Shown one piece after another: positions 30,082 through 37,983 of a DNA stretch of 64,000 nucleotides (positions within the stretch are counted from its first letter, which is position 1; each line of letters starts with the position of its first letter). The notes beneath the pieces were generated by a model. That model was not told the origin of the DNA. It saw nothing but the letters and a program-made list of their open reading frames with translations, and did not search any database. The stretch is taken from positions 1 to 64,000 of IMG/VR virus record IMGVR_UViG_3300017991_000001; one strand, 5' to 3'. Made by a program: the position numbers and the translations under genes.

Positions 30082-31158
30082 TTGCCAAAGAAAATCCTGT
30101 TCGCGAGTGACACGCATCTGCACCCCACCATCTGGGACGACCTGCCCCAGGTGTGGGGCGATGCGTACAGAGCGTTCGACCAGCTGTGCCTGCGGGCGGT
30201 GGAGGACGAGGACATCACTTCCGTCTTCCTGGGCGGCGACGTCTTCGACCGCCAGCCGGAGTCCTGCGCGATGGAGTGTTTCCTGCGCAACATGGACCGG
30301 CTGCAGGACGTGAACAAGCCCGTCTTCGCGATCCAGGGCCAGCACGGCAAGGTGCGCACCCGGGGACGCGACGACGTGGTGCCGTGGCCGTCGGTGCACG
30401 GCTGGGTGAAGCAGATGAGCCACAAGCCCTTCGGGTTGCTGCCCAAGGTCAAGGCGGTGGGCATCGATCACTGCGGGCCGGACGACCTGCAGAAGAAGCT
30501 CTCCCGCATCTCGAAGCAGGCCGCGGTGGTCTTCATGCACCAGATGATCAAGGGCGGCGTGCCCCTGATCAAGGACGTGCAGAACTGGGACTTCGATCCC
30601 GAGTGGCTGCCGGAAAGCGTGAAGCTGGTGCTGGCCGGCGACCTGCACGTGCCGGCCGAGTTCAACATCCCCGGCGGCAAGCTGGTCTACAACGGGGCCA
30701 CGGTGCTGCGGAGCATCGACGAGCCCGAGGAGAAGTACTTCACCGTGGTGAGCGAGGAGCTGACCTTCGAGCGGGTGCGCATCAACAGCCGCGTCTTCAA
30801 GCGCGCCTCGGTGTTCGCGGAGAAGGCGCTGCAGCAGGCCATGGAGGCCACGAGCAAGATGCCGCCCGAGTCCGTGTTGGAGGTGAAGTACGACCCGCGC
30901 ATCGACGGGGTGGAGCAGAAGCTGAGGGACGCCAATGAGGCCATCCACTTCCGGTTCGTGCCGGTGCCCACGGTGGGCGTGGTGGTGGGCGAGGGCGAGC
31001 TGGAGCTGCCCGACAACGTGAGTCCCGAAGGGTTCCTGGACGAGTTCGTGGACCGGGAACAGCGTCCCGTGCTGCATTCGTTCCTGTTTCAGATGATCAC
31101 GGCGCAGAACGAACGGGACGAGCTGGAACGTCAACGCATGGAGATCCTCGGGGAATGA
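30082..31158 (+). CDS. SbcD/Mre11-like metallophosphoesterase nuclease
   Basis: SDTHL, GGDVFD, GQHG, FMHQ and GDLH motifs. Confidence 0.9.
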   Translation: MPKKILFASDTHLHPTIWDDLPQVWGDAYRAFDQLCLRAVEDEDITSVFLGGDVFDRQPESCAMECFLRNMDRLQDVNKPVFAIQGQHGKVRTRGRDDVVPWPSVHGWVKQMSHKPFGLLPKVKAVGIDHCGPDDLQKKLSRISKQAAVVFMHQMIKGGVPLIKDVQNWDFDPEWLPESVKLVLAGDLHVPAEFNIPGGKLVYNGATVLRSIDEPEEKYFTVVSEELTFERVRINSRVFKRASVFAEKALQQAMEATSKMPPESVLEVKYDPRIDGVEQKLRDANEAIHFRFVPVPTVGVVVGEGELELPDNVSPEGFLDEFVDREQRPVLHSFLFQMITAQNERDELERQRMEILGE

Positions 31159-33263
31159 TCATTAACCGCGTAACAATGCAAAACTTCTGTCAGCACAAGG
31201 ACAGGAAGGAGGACCTCGGTCCCGGCATGATCGGGATCGTGGGCAAGAACGGCAACGGCAAGAGCAACCTGGTGAGGTCCATGCTGTTCGGCCTCAGCGG
31301 TGATTCGGGCGGGGCCGGCACGAAGGCGGACGACATCACCAACGGCGAGAAGGGCGGCCACGTGCGTGTCGACTTCACGGTGGGGGACGAGAGCGGCTTC
31401 ATCAAGCGCGACCTGAAGACGTCCCGCACGCAGCTGAAGTTCGGGGAGGAGGACCATCGCTCCGCCCGCGAGGCGGACAAGGTCATCTACAACCTGATGC
31501 AGATCAGCCCCAAGCTGTTGCGCGAGGTGGTCTTCGTGGGGCAGGGGCGGATCGAGAGCATGCTGTTCGAGAAGCCTGCCGAGCGGGGCAAGGCCTTCGC
31601 GGCGCTCTTTGGCACCGACCGCATGGAGCGCATCCGGGACCTGCTTCAGCAGGACCTGACGAAGGTGCAGGCCGTCTCCAACGCCGAGGCGATCGAGCTG
31701 GCCCGCAACGAGAAGCAGAGCCTGGAGAAGCAGCTGGCGGATCATCAGAGCACGCTGACGCTGCTGGGACACAAGACGCTCACCCTGGAGGAGGTCAGGC
31801 GGGCGGAGGGCCTGATCGACGTCTACAAGGAGCGCAACCGGGCACAGGCCACGCTGAACGAAGCCGAGCAGCAACTGGCCGGCCTGAAGCGTACGCGCGA
31901 GGAGTTGCAGAAGACTTCCGCGGCCAAGGCGGAGAAGCGCCGCAAGGGCGGCGAGGTGCTGCAGGAACTGCAGGGCGAGTACGACGCGGCCAAGGCGCGC
32001 ATCCAGAACGCGGACAAACTGCAATCGGTGCAAGAGCGGAGGGTCTTCCTGCAGCACGAGATCGACCGCTGCGTGAAGCGTCTCGAGGCGCCGCTGCCCA
32101 AGAAGTGGTCGGAGGAGGACGAAGAGAAGCTCAAGCAGCACAAGGCGGACATCGACAGACTGAACGAGCCGGTGGCCAACGCGCGCAAGGTGGTCGCTTC
32201 ACTGGACCAGGGCGCGGCCACGTGTCCGACCTGCACGCAGCCCGTGCCGCCGGACTTCGTCGAGCAGCAGATGGCCGTCCTGCAGCACGACGGCAACCTT
32301 CTGCAAAACGCCGAGCAGCTCCACGCCGCGCTGAACGACCGGAGGATCGAGCAGGACCAGGCGGTGATGGCCGACACCAGCGAGCGCACGGAGGCGAAGA
32401 TCAAGCTCGACGCCGCGCGCGGTGAGCTGGCGCAGCTGGGCGAGGCGTCGGAGCCGGCATCGTCGGAGACGGACAAGGCGGTGGTGGCCGAGTACGAGGC
32501 GCTGCGGAAGGAGACTTCCGGTCACGAGCTGGAACTGGCCACGACGATGGGACAGCTCAAGCAGCTCGACGACAACATCCGCAACGCCGGGCAGAACGTG
32601 GAAGCCATGCGCAAGGCCCTGTGGCAGATGGACGAGGTTTCCCAGCAGGCCGCCATGGACGCCGACACCAGGTTGAAGGACCACTACGACGCGCAGTTGA
32701 GCGTCTCCGACGTGCAAGGCCAGACCAAGACGTTGGAGGAGCGGCTGCAGTCCACCAGCGAACGGCTGGAGCGCATGGAAGGGGACGAGGCGAAGATCGC
32801 CAAGCGGCTGGAGTGGCGCAAGCTGTGCGAAGAGGCGCGGATGGTGCTGCACCGCAACCACCTGCCCAACCGCGTGGCCCAGGCCTACTTGGGTTCGATC
32901 AACGCCAAGATGAACGAGTATCTGGAGGTGTTCCAGGCCCGGTACACCTGCGCGATCAGGCCGGACTTGAGCGTCAAGTGCCATTTCGGCGAGTACGAGC
33001 TGCCGGCTGAGCGGTTGTCGGGCGGCCAGCGCGTCGAGCTGGGCCTGTCGTTCCGCTTCGCGCTGTACGATCTGTTCGTGGGCCATTTGGGCCTGCTCGT
33101 CATTGACGAGCCCACGGCCTGGCTGGATGATGACCACATCGAGGCGGTGGCGCGGGTGCTGGAGCGCGTGAAGGCGCACTCCAAGTCAAAGGGGATGCAG
33201 GTGATCGTGGTCACCCACGAGCCCAGGCTGATCCCCATCTTCGACAACTTCATACAGGTGTAG
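31155..33263 (+). CDS. SbcC/Rad50-like ABC ATPase
   Basis: GKNGNGKS, zinc hook CPTC, coiled coils, LSGGQ signature, IDEPT. Confidence 0.95.
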   Translation: MIINRVTMQNFCQHKDRKEDLGPGMIGIVGKNGNGKSNLVRSMLFGLSGDSGGAGTKADDITNGEKGGHVRVDFTVGDESGFIKRDLKTSRTQLKFGEEDHRSAREADKVIYNLMQISPKLLREVVFVGQGRIESMLFEKPAERGKAFAALFGTDRMERIRDLLQQDLTKVQAVSNAEAIELARNEKQSLEKQLADHQSTLTLLGHKTLTLEEVRRAEGLIDVYKERNRAQATLNEAEQQLAGLKRTREELQKTSAAKAEKRRKGGEVLQELQGEYDAAKARIQNADKLQSVQERRVFLQHEIDRCVKRLEAPLPKKWSEEDEEKLKQHKADIDRLNEPVANARKVVASLDQGAATCPTCTQPVPPDFVEQQMAVLQHDGNLLQNAEQLHAALNDRRIEQDQAVMADTSERTEAKIKLDAARGELAQLGEASEPASSETDKAVVAEYEALRKETSGHELELATTMGQLKQLDDNIRNAGQNVEAMRKALWQMDEVSQQAAMDADTRLKDHYDAQLSVSDVQGQTKTLEERLQSTSERLERMEGDEAKIAKRLEWRKLCEEARMVLHRNHLPNRVAQAYLGSINAKMNEYLEVFQARYTCAIRPDLSVKCHFGEYELPAERLSGGQRVELGLSFRFALYDLFVGHLGLLVIDEPTAWLDDDHIEAVARVLERVKAHSKSKGMQVIVVTHEPRLIPIFDNFIQV

Positions 33264-33264
33264 C

Positions 33265-34182
33265 ATGAACTACGTCTACGCGGTTGACGAGCACAAGTAC
33301 TTCCTGAGCGACGGGCCGGGCGACACGTGCAGGCTGATGGCCCACCCGTCGCAGTCGCCGTATATCGAGGCGCTGCGCAAGCAGACGCCGACCGAGGTCG
33401 TCTCCGTCAGCGCGGTTCATCCCGAGGACAAGGACGACCCGCAAGCCGTATTGCAGGCCATGCGCGAGGCGGAGGAGGTGCCGCCCGAGCGCGGTGGTTG
33501 GCGTCCCATCAAGGATGCCGAGCTGGCGGCGCTCACCTTCTCCCGGCTGGCCGTGGACTGTACGCCTCCGATGATCAGTATGGAGCTGCAGCAGGCGATG
33601 GACACCCACCCCGTGGTGCGGGGCGGATGGATGTACGCGACGGGCGGTTTGTTGACGATGCCGGCCATGGGCCTCCTGTCCGAGATCTACGACATCCGCC
33701 GGTTCGCCCGCAAGCGGGACCCGTGGAGGGTCGACAAGCTGCCGCCCAAGAGGCTGCTCAAGTTTCTGCGGCTGCACACGCCCGTCTACATTTCGATGTA
33801 CCTGTCCGGGCAGAAGCTGGAGGACAAGGACATGCGGGCGCGCGTATCGCACCAGGCCTGGCATATGGTGTGCAGCAGGTCGGACCGTCCCTGCGATTTC
33901 CTGATGCGCGAATGCGTCATGTTCGCGGGCAAGAAGGCCACCAAGGCCGTCTTCGGCAGTCCGAGCCCGGAGGAGTACCAGGAGGCCGCCGACGTGGCCT
34001 TCGCGGCGCACTGGATGGTCACCAAGCGGTATGTCGAGTTCATGCGCCGGCTGTGGATTGCCGGCGTCTCCGAGGAGACGGAATTCACGCCGGAGACCTT
34101 CTTCTATCAGGAAGAGGAGATCGAAGGTTATAGCAGGTACATTAAGGAACTCGATAAGAGTCTTGACAACTTACATCCCTGA
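33265..34182 (+). CDS. Hypothetical protein
   Basis: 305-aa ORF immediately after sbcC. Confidence 0.7.
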   Translation: MNYVYAVDEHKYFLSDGPGDTCRLMAHPSQSPYIEALRKQTPTEVVSVSAVHPEDKDDPQAVLQAMREAEEVPPERGGWRPIKDAELAALTFSRLAVDCTPPMISMELQQAMDTHPVVRGGWMYATGGLLTMPAMGLLSEIYDIRRFARKRDPWRVDKLPPKRLLKFLRLHTPVYISMYLSGQKLEDKDMRARVSHQAWHMVCSRSDRPCDFLMRECVMFAGKKATKAVFGSPSPEEYQEAADVAFAAHWMVTKRYVEFMRRLWIAGVSEETEFTPETFFYQEEEIEGYSRYIKELDKSLDNLHP

Positions 34183-34191
34183 AGCTAACTT
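34163..34191 (+). promoter_or_regulatory. Candidate sigma70-type promoter
   Basis: TTGACA-17 nt-TAACTT upstream of the lipoprotein/glycosylase/tRNA unit. Confidence 0.55.
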
Positions 34192-34217
34192 CCCCGTCAC
34201 AAACCAGGAGAGAACCG

Positions 34218-34535
34218 ATGAGGAAACTGAGCTGGTTGGTCCCGGTCGCACTGGTCCTGGTGTTCTCGGGGTGTGCGAAGGACGCGCGGATCAAGCGGGC
34301 CGCCTCGCTGTCGAACACCAAGATGAAGGTGGAGGCGGCGGAGTACTGGGCGGCGACCACGCCGGAGAAGAAGCTGGAGATCGCCGACCACCACTTCCGT
34401 ACGATGCCGAAGTTCACCCAGGTGGTGGACGACTACATGCACGGGCGGGAGCCCAGCGGGCCGACCCCCGACGAGGTGAAGGCGGAAGTGAAGAGGCGGA
34501 AGACCAAAGCCGAGCTGATACGGGTCAACGAATGA
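34218..34535 (+). CDS. Small lipoprotein
   Basis: Signal peptide with lipobox FSGC. Confidence 0.7.
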   Translation: MRKLSWLVPVALVLVFSGCAKDARIKRAASLSNTKMKVEAAEYWAATTPEKKLEIADHHFRTMPKFTQVVDDYMHGREPSGPTPDEVKAEVKRRKTKAELIRVNE

Positions 34536-35116
34536 TCAACTTCGAGCGGTGCTACGACCGTTCGGACGAGGACCTCCAGCGGTTCCTGATCTTCTGCATC
34601 TGCGTTGCCGGCAAGAACGCCAAGACCGTCGACGCGAAGGTGTGCGAGTTTCTGGAGCCGTGCGAACACCGCAGGGAGACACCCTTCGAGTTCCTGCGGT
34701 ACCTGGTCAACATCGAGCGCTTGGACTTCGCGCTCGCGAAGGTCAAGATGGGGAAGTACAGGCTGCTCGAGCGGTCGTTTACGTACCTGGTCGAGAAAGA
34801 GTTGGACCTCCGGTCTTGTACGGTCGATCAGCTGGAAATGGTGCCCGGCATCGGTCCCAAGACCGCGAGGTTCTTTCTGCTGTACACGCGGGAGTACTTC
34901 CGGGGGGCGGTACTCGACACGCACGTGCTCCAGCACCTGGTGGCTTGCGGATGCAAGAAGGTGCCGAAGCAGACACCGCAGGACCCGAAGGTGTACCGGA
35001 AGTGGGAGGCGGTCGTGCTGGAGCTGGCCGCGGCCAACGGAATGGACCCGGCCGAGTACGACAACGAGATCTGGAAGAGCCGGAGCCCCTCAGCGGAGTT
35101 GGGGGTGTCTCCGTAG
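34532..35116 (+). CDS. HhH-GPD DNA glycosylase-like protein (OGG-like)
   Basis: LEMVPGIGPKTARFFL HhH motif with catalytic Lys; AVLDTHVL. Confidence 0.85.
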   Translation: MINFERCYDRSDEDLQRFLIFCICVAGKNAKTVDAKVCEFLEPCEHRRETPFEFLRYLVNIERLDFALAKVKMGKYRLLERSFTYLVEKELDLRSCTVDQLEMVPGIGPKTARFFLLYTREYFRGAVLDTHVLQHLVACGCKKVPKQTPQDPKVYRKWEAVVLELAAANGMDPAEYDNEIWKSRSPSAELGVSP

Positions 35117-35179
35117 CTCAACAGGCAGAGCGACGCTCTCTAAAAGCGGTGGTTCCGGGTTCGAGTCCCGGCGGAGGCA
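35107..35179 (+). tRNA. Amber suppressor tRNA (anticodon CUA), CCA not encoded
   Basis: Acceptor GTCTCCG/CGGAGGC plus A73; D-arm GCTC/GAGC; anticodon loop CTCTAAA; T-arm CCGGG-TTCGAGT-CCCGG. Confidence 0.9.
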
Positions 35180-35308
35180 TTTATCGTCGATTATTGGTGT
35201 AGTCAGTGCGGAAAGCCGATTTACAGCGGCAGTCGATTAGTCTGTGATGATTGCAAAGATGCCAGGTACTTCGGGGATAAAACTCCGCAGGGGGAAGATC
35301 TCCAAACC

Positions 35309-35971
35309 ATGAAAGGAAGGGGCGACGTGAGCGATCCATTACCCTACGTTCGCATTGGCGACGAGAAGACGAGGAACGGGGTGGAAGTGACCGTGTTGGA
35401 GGCGAACGTGGGGGGCCTGTTCGCGCTCAAGCAGATCATCGACGAACACATTCGCCGCCGTAGCAAACTCAAGCAGGACGGGCACGACCCCGCGAAAATG
35501 CCCGTTCGGTACGCCACACCGATCGTCTCCAGGGGCGCTCGCGGCGCGCGGACGTTCGAGCTGGTGCTGGACAACGACGGCGATTTCCCGAAAGAGGAGG
35601 AAGCACGCGTGGTGGATCAGGAGAAGTTGACAGCCGAAGACGGCGTCGTGAAAGCGAACGCGGTGACGACGGGCAGGACGGATTGCAGCAGCGAGAACGA
35701 GGCCAACAAGCCCAAGACGCTGGTTCCTTTTGCCAGTCTGCCGATAGGCGGACAGCGCGAGGAGATGCACCGGAAAGTGGACAACTGGTTCATGCATCAC
35801 CCGCCCAAGAATGACCAGGAAGCACGCTACCAGAAGCTGCGCTGCAAGTTCCGGGCGCTGGCGCACGATATCGTCGATATGACGCCGCCGTGTGCCGACC
35901 AGACCGTCGCGCTCAGGAAGCTGCAGGCGGCCAACATGGCGGTCAACGTAACGATCGCCTGCAACGAATAA
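35309..35971 (+). CDS. Protein with a C-terminal Acb2/Tad1-like helical hairpin (nucleotide-signal sponge candidate)
   Basis: C-terminal NWFMHHPP..Q..RY..LR..F..LA..I..TP..DQTVALRKLQAANMAVNVTIACNE pattern. Confidence 0.6.
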   Translation: MKGRGDVSDPLPYVRIGDEKTRNGVEVTVLEANVGGLFALKQIIDEHIRRRSKLKQDGHDPAKMPVRYATPIVSRGARGARTFELVLDNDGDFPKEEEARVVDQEKLTAEDGVVKANAVTTGRTDCSSENEANKPKTLVPFASLPIGGQREEMHRKVDNWFMHHPPKNDQEARYQKLRCKFRALAHDIVDMTPPCADQTVALRKLQAANMAVNVTIACNE

Positions 35972-35974
35972 CGT

Positions 35975-36049
35975 CCGGGGGGTGGGGTTACGTGCCCCCA
36001 CCTTTTGCGCGCACGTAAGGGTGACAGGTCGTGCTGACCCCCCGGTCCA
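35975..36049 (+). ncRNA. Degenerate tRNA-like 75-nt RNA ending in CCA
   Basis: CCGGGG/CCCCGG closing stem plus T-CCA; three internal hairpins; no canonical TTCRA loop. Confidence 0.45.
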
Positions 36050-36064
36050 CTTTAGGAGGCAGAG

Positions 36065-36568
36065 ATGCCCGAAGAGACCAAACAGGACCAGGCTCCCGAG
36101 GTGGGAGCGGACAGCGATCCCGGCGATCCGCTGGCGCAGCTGAGACAGCACATGAACGCCGGCAAGGGCAAGGAGGCTTCGCCGCCGGCGCCCCTCTCGG
36201 CCGCCGCGGCATACGACCGGCTGGTGAGCGAGGGTGACCGTTCGGCGCCTCCGCCTGTCGAAGAGGCGCCGCCCGAACCGCCCGTGGCACAGCTATACGA
36301 CGCGGCCGTGGCGGCAGCGCCCAAGGGCAGTCCCCCGAGTTTCAAGGACTGGGCCGGCAACCTGGACGAGGCCGAGCTGTCGTCCATGGAGGGCAACGTC
36401 CAGGACTTCCTCCGCGTGGTGCGAGCGGACAACAAGTTCCCGGGGCAGCCCACCAAGCCCGGACCCATCGTCATGTACCTGCAGCAGGCGCGCGTGCAAC
36501 AGCGCGTGATCGACGTGGCGCTGGAGGCGTTCCAGGTTTACAAGCGCGACATGGATTTGAGGCAGTAA
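36065..36568 (+). CDS. Hypothetical protein
   Basis: AGGAGG RBS; 167 aa. Confidence 0.7.
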   Translation: MPEETKQDQAPEVGADSDPGDPLAQLRQHMNAGKGKEASPPAPLSAAAAYDRLVSEGDRSAPPPVEEAPPEPPVAQLYDAAVAAAPKGSPPSFKDWAGNLDEAELSSMEGNVQDFLRVVRADNKFPGQPTKPGPIVMYLQQARVQQRVIDVALEAFQVYKRDMDLRQ

Positions 36569-36570
36569 GC

Positions 36571-36826
36571 AGCCGGGGTGCCGCCGCGGGGGATCGTGGC
36601 CGCGGGAGGGGGAAGCGCCTACATGGGGCCTCCTCGGGCGTAAGGCCAGGACTTGTCAGACTGCAGACCGGATCGGCCGTACGGTCTGCACGAGATGGAG
36701 TCACCGCCGAAAGGGTTTCGCTCCAATGCGCAGGCGCTTAGGACCAACAGGCCCGAACGAGTCACTTAGCGTAAGTGCGGAGGTTTGGGTCGCCCACGAG
36801 TCGGGTCGGAAACCGACCCCCCGGTT
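36571..36826 (+). ncRNA. ~255-nt multibranch structured RNA
   Basis: Terminal AGCCGGGG/CCCCGGTT; AAGCGCCT/AGGCGCTT; TGCAGACCG/CGGTCTGCA; CACTTA/TAAGTG; GGGTCGG-AAA-CCGACCC. Confidence 0.6.
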
Positions 36827-36839
36827 TTAGGAGAGACCC

Positions 36840-37462
36840 ATGGCGAACATCGACTGGAAGCAGATCTGGGACTGGGCCGATGACACGGGCAAGGATGTCT
36901 TGAAGATCATCAAGCCCTACCTGCCGGCACTGGCCAAGCAGGGGCCCGAGATCTGGGAAGGCTTTATCAAGCACCTCAACGATAAGGACTTCACCAAGAT
37001 CGACCAGATGATGTACCAGAAGATGTCGCCTGACGAACGCGCCGAGCTCGAAGCACAGGTTTACGAGGGTGGCTACCAGGCGGCCATGGCGCGCTTCAAG
37101 CGCAAGGAACTGTACAAGGAGGTGGCGCAGAAGATTCTGCTGCGCATCCTGCTGAAACTCGCGACGGGAGGTTTGGGATGAAAACGGTCAAGCTTACGGA
37201 CGCCACGCACGGCACGCCGGTCCTTATCAACCAGGAACTCTTCGGCCACGCCGTGGTGGACCCATCTCCCAACCGGGACCCGGCCGCGCCTCCGCCGACC
37301 CTGATCCGCACCAAGACGGGCGGAACGTTCAAGGTCAGGGAAAACATCGATGACGTGGAACTTCGGTTCAACGCGCCTCCGGGCGTGGTTACGCTGAACG
37401 TGCCTGCCAACGCGGAGGCTCCTCCGGGCGGCAGCGAGGGTGTTGTCGGTCCGGGTGCGTAA
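36840..37462 (+). CDS. Two hypothetical ORFs (36840-37181, 37178-37462)
   Basis: RBS-led, overlapping ORFs. Confidence 0.7.
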
Positions 37463-37464
37463 CG

Positions 37465-37983
37465 ATGGAAGTGGTCGCAACGATACGGTTCACGACGCCC
37501 TGCCTCGGAAACATCCGCGGTGACGGGCCGAACCGGATGCTCCGAAACGCCGAGGGCAAGGTCATTCTTCTGCAGACCTGGTGGCGCTCGGGCTTGGGGT
37601 TTGCCGCCCAGGCACTGTGCCGATACCAGAAAGAGGTATCCGAGGTCCAGACCGACCCTGTCGTCGATGGCGAGCTGAGCGTTTACCGGCGGTATTGGGC
37701 ACCTGACAAGTACACGGAGCACGAGGCGTTCGACGCCGGCAGCGAGCTCCGGGTGCGTTTCATGCTGCCCCGCAAGATGGACGTGAAAGGATTCCAGGAG
37801 CTGCTCGAGATGTCGGGACGATACGTGGGAATATCGCCGCATGGTTATCGACAGGACTTCGGGCGTTTTTCCGTGGTGAGCGTGGATGTAACCAAAGCGA
37901 GGAGAGCGAGAGCGCGTGGCAGAAGAAAGGAACAACAAGGCCCTGATACGGAGGTGCGGATTCCACATCCAGGTCATCCCTGA
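37465..37983 (+). CDS. Solo minimal RAMP (Cas7-like fold) protein
   Basis: beta1 IRFTTPCLG, GKVILLQTWWRSGL helix, HEAFDAGSELRVRF, Gly-rich loop LLEMSGRYVGISPHGYRQDFGRFSV. Confidence 0.65.
   Translation: MEVVATIRFTTPCLGNIRGDGPNRMLRNAEGKVILLQTWWRSGLGFAAQALCRYQKEVSEVQTDPVVDGELSVYRRYWAPDKYTEHEAFDAGSELRVRFMLPRKMDVKGFQELLEMSGRYVGISPHGYRQDFGRFSVVSVDVTKARRARARGRRKEQQGPDTEVRIPHPGHP

Larger units (their letters stand above)
19953..30110 (+). other. Cluster of ~25 small co-oriented phage hypothetical ORFs (accessory/early region)
   Basis: Contiguous ORFs with overlapping start/stop codons, e.g. 19953-20528, 20525-21019, 21471-21812, 22212-22496, 24279-24950, 25390-25860, 25863-26417, 26410-26712, 26935-27468, 27657-28298, 28706-29059, 29056-29406. 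Confidence 0.75.

Noticed and set aside
35107-35179. tRNA-Pyl or genome-wide TAG reassignment
   Set aside because: Arm lengths and T/D loops are canonical, no pyl genes are seen, and TAG terminates many genes with no in-frame fusions apparent.
36571-36826. RNase P RNA or tmRNA
   Set aside because: Lacks the GAGGAAAGUCC P4 motif and the tmRNA acceptor/T-arm/tag features; left as an unassigned ncRNA.
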